DNA of 32,000 nucleotides, from contig CAYHAA010000001.1 in the NCBI GenBank assembly GCA_964354495.1, positions 30,001-62,000 of the forward strand, written 5' to 3'. Positions 25,825-32,000 of this stretch are shown here, piece by piece; position 1 is the stretch's first letter, and every line of letters starts with the position of its first letter. Made by a program: the position numbers and the translations under genes. The notes beneath the pieces are model-generated. The model ran no database searches. It was not told where the DNA came from and worked only from the letters and a program-made list of their open reading frames with translations. Origin of the DNA: an uncultured archaeon (GTDB taxonomy: Archaea > Asgardarchaeota > Thorarchaeia > Thorarchaeales > Thorarchaeaceae).

Positions 25825-26998
25825 ATTGTTCAAGCTCTTTCTCTTTCTTCTCTATCTTCTTCCCTATACTAGCGATTCTAGCGTTTAGATTCTCCATCTG
25901 TTCGATGTAGGTTTCTTTTGGCATGGCTCCAGATGCATACCTCTGTTCAATATGCTCGCAGAGCTGCTCAACTGATTCTGTCTCTTTTAATAAGGATCTG
26001 ATGTCTGCCTCAATATCTGCAGCCCTATTCTCCTCGGGAGTCTTGAACTGCTTTGCTGGCATCATGACACCCAGTTGCTCTTGCGTCTTCTCCGCAAACT
26101 CTTGGAACTGACCTCGTAAGGACTCAATATGAGACTCAACATTCCCGACCTGTTCATTCAGCTTGGAGATGTCTTTCTGGAGGTCAAACACAGCATTGAC
26201 CAGCCTTCTGAGTGTCTGTTCGAATTCCGCTGTAGGTACAATATCTGCCTCTGCCAGCTCCCCTCTTGCCTTGGCACTCTCTGTCTTTGTTTGCTCCTTG
26301 GCAGCAGTGCTGAGCTTTGTCGTCTGCAATTCTCCGCTCAACCACTTGAATGCGCTTACTGCAAAGGTCGTATTTCCTTCGTGCTTCAAACCACCGCCCC
26401 TTCTGAAGATCTCATAGCTCCCAATGCATATTATACGGCCTTTTCCAGCCTCTGCAGCTGCAACAATGGGCGCCTTACTTGGCTCTGCCACCTCTGATGT
26501 CCGTGCTAGAGTAACTGCCTTGCCACTGACATGAAGACTGCAGGCCGAAGGAATGAGCAGTTCCTTCACGTTCTCGGTTGTCGGATGAGCGGCAATGTCT
26601 TTGATGATTGGCATGGTGGGAATCCCAGCGTTATTCCTGTCATCCTTGACTGCTGTATTATCGAAGGCGATCCCAAACTCCTGTGATATCTGTGACATAT
26701 TGTTCATGAGGCCTCTATCGCCTCCTGAGAGTGATAGCAACATCAGACCGCCCCCATTCTTGACGTACTTCTGCAGGACATCTATCTCAGTAGGTCGTAC
26801 TTTGGAGCTATTCGGACATCCGAATACCAAGACATCCGCTTCTTTAAGATTCTTGGCAAGAAGCATGAACTCCGTATAGGGTTCCACGTCAAAGTCGTTG
26901 TCCCTCAGGATTTGACCCAGTTCAGAGTATGTACTGTCCAGCTTTCCACGCTCGTTTTGTGTCTGGTCGAAGTAAACCTTTGGTCTTCTTCCGCTCAA
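25808..26998 (-). CDS. GIFT (GldG/IFT52)/DUF4350-type GATase-like domain + coiled coil + C-terminal helical hairpin
   Basis: VYFDQTQNE, L..ADVLVFG.P, EIDVL.KYV..GG.L, N...I...FGI.F, G.GRII.IGS and N..F......WL. Heptad-rich C-terminal half. Likely TTG start at 26998 because the track start overlaps the HIT gene. Confidence 0.75.
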   Translation of the reverse strand: MSGRRPKVYFDQTQNERGKLDSTYSELGQILRDNDFDVEPYTEFMLLAKNLKEADVLVFGCPNSSKVRPTEIDVLQKYVKNGGGLMLLSLSGGDRGLMNNMSQISQEFGIAFDNTAVKDDRNNAGIPTMPIIKDIAAHPTTENVKELLIPSACSLHVSGKAVTLARTSEVAEPSKAPIVAAAEAGKGRIICIGSYEIFRRGGGLKHEGNTTFAVSAFKWLSGELQTTKLSTAAKEQTKTESAKARGELAEADIVPTAEFEQTLRRLVNAVFDLQKDISKLNEQVGNVESHIESLRGQFQEFAEKTQEQLGVMMPAKQFKTPEENRAADIEADIRSLLKETESVEQLCEHIEQRYASGAMPKETYIEQMENLNARIASIGKKIEKKEKELEQFKAEG

Positions 26999-27117
26999 GA
27001 GGATGCACCCAAGTAACCTATTATTCTGATTCGGGTCAATCACGCTAATTAGACTTGTGCGCACGTCACTCAAGCACTTCGAATTCTTTATTTTGCTCTT
27101 ATTCGAAGTACCTGAAC

Positions 27118-27546
27118 ATGAGTTCAAAGGATTGTATCTTCTGCAAGATTGTTCAAGGCGAGGTGCCATCCTCGGTGGTATTCCAGGATGACATCTGCAT
27201 GGCCTTCATGGATGTCTTTCCAATAACGGCCGGACACTGTCTACTCATACCGAAGAAGCATTTCGTTAACATGATGGATGTTGACCATGACGTTCTGTCT
27301 CACATGTCTGTGAAACTATCAGAGCTGACAAAGGCAGTATCGAAAGTGACTGGAGCAGACGGTGTACTCAATGTTGTAGCAAATGGCGAAGGAGCTGGGC
27401 AGGACGTGCCACACCTGCATTTTCATGTGATTCCAAGAAACAACGCCGACCCATTTGGTTTCAAGTTTCCACCCGGGTATCACGATTCAATGGCTCCGCG
27501 AGACGAGTTAGATCGGATGTCCAAACGGATTAGAAAGTCGCTTTAG
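27118..27546 (+). CDS. HIT family nucleotide hydrolase
   Basis: DCIFCKIV, GH.L.IPK.H and AGQ.VPHLHFHVIPR. ATG at 27118. Confidence 0.95.
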   Translation: MSSKDCIFCKIVQGEVPSSVVFQDDICMAFMDVFPITAGHCLLIPKKHFVNMMDVDHDVLSHMSVKLSELTKAVSKVTGADGVLNVVANGEGAGQDVPHLHFHVIPRNNADPFGFKFPPGYHDSMAPRDELDRMSKRIRKSL

Positions 27547-27974
27547 ATGTTGAGAAGGTTGAGTCCTGTCTTCTCATCGCGAGTTCTCGTCAATTCCGGA
27601 ATCTCAGTGATGGTGAGTTCGATTGTGACCGAGACCTGGCATCCCGCAAGGAGATGACCACCATAGCACCTACCGGTTTCGTCTGCTGCAACGATATGAG
27701 CATGCACTACATATTTCTCGTCATGCTTAGAGATATTGCCAATGCCCGAAACAATCTCAAGGTCTTGTTCTACTGTGAAATCCTTGTAGCCATTCAGATC
27801 TCTGTCGAAGTAGCCCAAATGTGCTTTTGAAACCACACCTATCATGTTGAGGTGCGCTGACTGGATTCTGTTTTCATTTGCAATCTTTTCGATTGAACTG
27901 AGAATATCCTCGCCGGGATAGAGTCGAGCGACTAGTACTTTTCCCGTTGCCTTCGTAGTATGTACGCGAACCAT
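27543..27974 (-). CDS. PPC/DUF296 domain protein
   Basis: RL.PGEDI, IG, EIVS..GNI, VHAHIV and YGGHL motifs. ATG 27974 preferred. Confidence 0.92.
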   Translation of the reverse strand: MVRVHTTKATGKVLVARLYPGEDILSSIEKIANENRIQSAHLNMIGVVSKAHLGYFDRDLNGYKDFTVEQDLEIVSGIGNISKHDEKYVVHAHIVAADETGRCYGGHLLAGCQVSVTIELTITEIPELTRTRDEKTGLNLLNI

Positions 27975-28070
27975 GGGTGACGGTAGACACGCTCTTCTAA
28001 TGAAGGTCACGGAGGACGCTCGGCCAATGGGAAGTGCTTATCAGTCATCATCATTCCACCAAATCTGTGG

Positions 28071-30905
28071 ATGACCTTAATGAAGGATGAGATACCGACA
28101 GATGATAATCAGTCTTCATTAGAGGACTTCCTCGGAGCAGAAGAGGCCGAGGCACCTCCTGCACCTTCTGCAAAAGGATCTCGAGAGAAGAAAGCAGCCG
28201 CATCTAGTCGAGGCACTCCTCTGGAACCGCCTACATCAACTCCCCTCCCAGAGACTCAGTCAACAAACGATGAGGAGGAAGAAATAGTCGAGGAGGATGG
28301 CGAAGAACCATCAATTCACGTCAATATTGGAGAAATGGACAAACCAAAGGAGTTGCCTCCCTCCTTTCTCCTATCCATAGATTACTCTGGCCCATTAAAC
28401 AAGGCGGTTGCTAGGCTGTATGAGCCGAAATCGAAGAGGGTCTATTTCTGGATCGATAGTACAGGGCATAAGCCATTCCTCTATACTGACTGGCCGCCAC
28501 AAGTTGTTGAATCAAAGGTGCGAGGCAATCCTGGGTTTGTGAGGACCGAAACTGTCCAGCTTCATGATCTCTTGCATGATAAGCAGGTGACGATGACCAA
28601 ACTCATTGGTGACAATCCTCTCAGCATTGGTGGCGGTGCTGCATCGATGAGGGAAAAGCTCGTTGATGCGAACAATGTTAGTCATGCTTGGGAAGCCAAC
28701 ATTCGATATCATCTGTGTTATACGTATGATACGGGTCTTGTTCCCGGTCTGATGTACAAGATAGAGCGGGGAAAGCTGATTGCATGCCAGCCTGATGTGG
28801 ACACAAAGATCCTCAATGAGTTCAAAAAGACAATCGCTGATGAAGAGGGTCTCGAGTCTATCATATCTACGTACTCCCCCATGTTCTTCACTGAGGTTCC
28901 GGACATCAAGAGAATCGCTCTTGATATCGAGGTCTACACCCCGGTCGTCAATAGGGTTCCGGACGCTCGGGTGTCTCAATATCCTGTCACAGCCATAGGC
29001 CTATCCGATAGCGATGGACTCAATCAGTGTTTCGTACTGCGTCGAGCTGGACTATCAGATGGAAAGAAGAGCAAGGATTTCCCCAAAGAGCTTGAAGTAG
29101 CCTTCTTTGATGACGAGAAAGAAATGTTGGTCGAAGCCTTCAAGATCATTGACAGGTATCCAATTGTACTGACCTTCGTTGGAGACACTTTCGATCTCAA
29201 ATATCTCTACAACCGTGCGAAGCAACTGAGAATTGATATGGACAAGTACTGCCCAATTGTAATTCGCGGCAACCAAGACCCACGAAGAGAGCAGGCCGAT
29301 CTGAAACGTGGAATACACGTTGACATGTACAAGTTCTTCACCAACCCCTCAATCAAGGTCTATGCACTCTCAGGAGCATATCAACGTGAGAATCTGGACA
29401 CCATTGCCGAGGGTATTCTGGGTGAACGAAAACTCAAGCTGAGCGACAACATCTCTGCATTGTCTTACTATGAACTTGCTCATTACTGCTGGCTCGATTC
29501 GAATCTCGTCCTCAGATTCACAAAGTATGAGAACAACCTGCTGCTTCGGCTCATCGTCCTTCTCATGCGTGTCTCTAGGATGTCAATGGGTGAGGTCACT
29601 CGATTCTACATCTCCTCTTGGATTCAGTCACTGTTCAGGCAGGAACACAGAGCACATAGCCAGCTTATTCCACGACGTGTCGATATTGATACAGTCAAGC
29701 AGTCTGACGCCCAAACTGAAGCATTGATTGGCGGGAAGGCCTTCAAGGGCGCCATTGTGATTGAGCCTGTGGCTGGCGTGCATTTCAAGGCGACAGTGCT
29801 AGACTTCGCCAGTCTATACCCAACAATCATGAAAACGCACAATATCAGCTACGAAACGATTGACTGCCCCCATGAAGAATGTAAGAATGCAGGTGATAAT
29901 AGGGTTCCGGAGACCGATCACTGGGTCTGTAAGAAACGACGAGGGATGATCAGTCAGACGATAGGCTTCTTCCGGGACACCCGCGTGAAGTGGTTCAAAC
30001 CCAAGAGTAAGGACCGAACATTGGATGAACGTACAAGGAACTGGTACTCGGTCGTGGAGAAGGCATTGAAGGTGTTCGTCAATGCATCCTATGGTGTCAC
30101 GGGCGCCAGACATTTCGAGCTCTTTTGCATGCCCGCTGCAGAAAGTACCACTGCCTTTGGGCGCGATGCCATTCAGCGAGCCAAGGCAAAGGCAGAGGAA
30201 ATGGGAATCAGGGTGCTCTATGGTGACACAGACTCTGTCTTCCTGGACAATCCGACAAAGGAGCAACAGAAAGAATTGGTCCAGTGGTCGCGAAAAGCTC
30301 TTGGAATAGACCTTGAAGTTGAGAAGACCTACAAGTATGTCGCGCTCTCAGATAGAAAGAAGAACTACATTGGTGTCTACACAGATGGGAAGGTGGAAGT
30401 CAAGGGACTAAGTGGGAAGAAGCGGAACACACCAGACTATGCCCAGCAGGCATTTAGAGAGATGCTCGAAGTACTGAGTCGAGTTGATGATGCAGAGGGA
30501 TTCGAAACAGCAAAGGCTGGAATACGTCAAATCGTGAATCGTGTCATCGATAGGCTTGAAGGGAAGGCTAAAGACTACACTCCTGAGGAACTGGCCTTCC
30601 GAATTCAAATCACGAAGCGTCTGTCTGAGTATCCTACTGACATGCCGCACGTCAGAGCAGCAAAGATGCTGGTTGAGAAGACGAAAGATCCCAATAGAGT
30701 GCTACCTGGGACAATCATTGAGTTCATCCGAATCAAAGGGCCAGGTGGTGTCCTTCCAGTTGAACTTGCCAAGCAAACGCCCTATTGGGTAGACAAAGAC
30801 GTGTACATCGACATACTGAGGGGCGTCTTCGATCAAGTCTTAGACTCTTTAGGCCTTGACTTCAGCGAGTTTCTTGGTTTCACCACCCTAGACAAGTTTT
30901 TCTAA
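28071..30905 (+). CDS. polB1: Family B DNA polymerase, archaeal PolB1 type
   Basis: Exo I LDIEV, Exo II F.GDTFD, Exo III YCWLD; pol A DFASLYP, pol B K...N..YG, pol C YGDTDS, KKNY. N-terminal layout (W.D.TGH.P, WEA.I.Y...Y.YD..L.PG) is PolB1-like. Confidence 0.93.
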   Translation: MTLMKDEIPTDDNQSSLEDFLGAEEAEAPPAPSAKGSREKKAAASSRGTPLEPPTSTPLPETQSTNDEEEEIVEEDGEEPSIHVNIGEMDKPKELPPSFLLSIDYSGPLNKAVARLYEPKSKRVYFWIDSTGHKPFLYTDWPPQVVESKVRGNPGFVRTETVQLHDLLHDKQVTMTKLIGDNPLSIGGGAASMREKLVDANNVSHAWEANIRYHLCYTYDTGLVPGLMYKIERGKLIACQPDVDTKILNEFKKTIADEEGLESIISTYSPMFFTEVPDIKRIALDIEVYTPVVNRVPDARVSQYPVTAIGLSDSDGLNQCFVLRRAGLSDGKKSKDFPKELEVAFFDDEKEMLVEAFKIIDRYPIVLTFVGDTFDLKYLYNRAKQLRIDMDKYCPIVIRGNQDPRREQADLKRGIHVDMYKFFTNPSIKVYALSGAYQRENLDTIAEGILGERKLKLSDNISALSYYELAHYCWLDSNLVLRFTKYENNLLLRLIVLLMRVSRMSMGEVTRFYISSWIQSLFRQEHRAHSQLIPRRVDIDTVKQSDAQTEALIGGKAFKGAIVIEPVAGVHFKATVLDFASLYPTIMKTHNISYETIDCPHEECKNAGDNRVPETDHWVCKKRRGMISQTIGFFRDTRVKWFKPKSKDRTLDERTRNWYSVVEKALKVFVNASYGVTGARHFELFCMPAAESTTAFGRDAIQRAKAKAEEMGIRVLYGDTDSVFLDNPTKEQQKELVQWSRKALGIDLEVEKTYKYVALSDRKKNYIGVYTDGKVEVKGLSGKKRNTPDYAQQAFREMLEVLSRVDDAEGFETAKAGIRQIVNRVIDRLEGKAKDYTPEELAFRIQITKRLSEYPTDMPHVRAAKMLVEKTKDPNRVLPGTIIEFIRIKGPGGVLPVELAKQTPYWVDKDVYIDILRGVFDQVLDSLGLDFSEFLGFTTLDKFF

Positions 30906-31041
30906 CGACATAACAGTATGAGGGTCTGAATAAGAAATTCTTATAGCCGAAGTGTGATACACGCAAGGAGACCTAGAGCCTGACATACGATGCTTTCGAC
31001 GGGGTATTTGAAATATGAAACTGAATTACCGCGAGTTTTTC

Positions 31042-32000
31042 ATGCAAAAAATGCTCATCATGTTCAAACCCGAAGACATTGAGATGTCAGCAAAGGACTT
31101 CATATCGACATACGCTTCTTACATGGAAGATGTCGGAATAGTCGGCAAGGGCCCTGATGGATATGCAATATACCCCAGCAAGACAGCACCGGTCAGAGAA
31201 CAGCATTTTCCATTCTTTGAGGAATGGGTGCGCCTTACGGATGCTTTGGACATCAATGCGGTTGTTGGGCTTGATATGTATACTGATGGATGGTTTGCCA
31301 GAGATCCGAAGTATCAGACCATGAATGATAGGGGGATAAAGATGGAACATCAGATCTGCCCCAATCGCCCGGAGTTCTGGCAGTACGGTGCTGAGATAGT
31401 GAAGGAGATCGGGTCATATCCAATCGATGAGATTCTTCTCTTTGGAGCGGGTTATATCAGAGATCAATTCTGCTTCTGCGACCGTTGTCGAAAGGAGTTT
31501 GCACCCATGGTCGATCAAGAGCCCAGTCGGCTCACATATCAGTATATCTCGGAGAATCCGGAACATCATGAGAAATGGCACAAGTTTCGGAGTGAAAAGG
31601 TGCATCAGGGTCTTGCCTATCTGAAGGATGCCGCTGTGGAGGCAGATGATGCGACTGGGAGAGAGAAACCTCTCAGGCTCTCAGTTGAAGTGCTCCTTGA
31701 TCCTGAAACAGGTCTCTCCGATGGTGCAAAGAACGAGTATGGCTATGATCACACTAGGATTGGGGAGATTACAAAGAATGTCTTGATTAATCTCTTCCCA
31801 TGGTCTCCTGTTATCCCCACCAAGGGGACCTCTGAGTACAGCGAGCTCGTAGAAGCGCTCTATTTTGTGAATGAGTTCACGAGGCGAGGAGGGAGAGCAT
31901 CTCTCTTCCGTTGGGGCGTAACGACCTTGGAACAGCTCCAAGAGCTCAAGGCATTGGGTAAGGATGTTGGAATTGACAGAATTGTAACGACGTTCCACTA
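31042..32000 (+). CDS. Glycoside hydrolase-like TIM-barrel protein (GHL/DUF187-like) with CxCxxC motif; runs off the window
   Basis: Manually translated open frame from ATG 31042 to the window end (MQKMLIMFKPEDI...ICPNRPEFWQY..EIVKEI..YPIDEILLF....CFCDRCRKEF...W.KFR). Absent from the ORF track because it has no stop. Confidence 0.65.
   Translation, partial: MQKMLIMFKPEDIEMSAKDFISTYASYMEDVGIVGKGPDGYAIYPSKTAPVREQHFPFFEEWVRLTDALDINAVVGLDMYTDGWFARDPKYQTMNDRGIKMEHQICPNRPEFWQYGAEIVKEIGSYPIDEILLFGAGYIRDQFCFCDRCRKEFAPMVDQEPSRLTYQYISENPEHHEKWHKFRSEKVHQGLAYLKDAAVEADDATGREKPLRLSVEVLLDPETGLSDGAKNEYGYDHTRIGEITKNVLINLFPWSPVIPTKGTSEYSELVEALYFVNEFTRRGGRASLFRWGVTTLEQLQELKALGKDVGIDRIVTTFH

Noticed and set aside
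28512-30650. Antisense and alternate-frame ORFs within polB1 (e.g. 28512-28979, 29814-30266), and similar shadows in rad50, herA, the helicase and arcS
   Set aside because: Fully nested in well-supported genes with no recognisable motifs; expected shadow ORFs.
28071-30905. Inteins in PolB1, HerA or the helicase; inactive PolB2-like polymerase
   Set aside because: Catalytic motifs are contiguous with normal spacing and no C...HN intein ends were seen. Only the Exo II Asn is Val, which alone does not imply inactivity.
30906-31041. ATGA/CTGA words suggesting a C/D sRNA after polB1
   Set aside because: No proper RUGAUGA box or correct spacing.

Overview
Gene-dense archaeal chromosomal window with no mobile element, CRISPR array or rRNA. 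The gene set (archaeal TPI, PolB1, ArcS/RaSEA, NurA-HerA-Mre11-Rad50, TATA/BRE promoters) plus eukaryote-like domains suggests an Asgard archaeon, possibly Thorarchaeia (inference only). Housekeeping content: tpiA 3' end, DUF89 phosphatase, two tRNA-Arg genes identical except at the wobble base, two tandem thioredoxins, a Hrq1/SftH-type DUF1998 helicase, arcS-raSEA, nurA-herA-mre11-rad50, two GT-C glycosyltransferases, HIT, PPC/DUF296 and polB1. Main points of interest: (1) a signal-peptide-less 595-aa beta-sandwich protein whose N-terminal ~220 aa align by eye with the mu-homology (cargo-binding) domain of AP/COPI adaptors; (2) a cytoplasmic GIFT (GldG/IFT52-like) domain protein with a coiled coil and a steadiness-box/SHOCT-like end; (3) four to five full-length enzyme-fold genes (Nif3, M24 peptidase, gamma-CA, MBL, GH-like TIM barrel) with catalytic or metal ligands substituted. 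All family assignments come from motif reading and recalled reference sequences; no searches were run.
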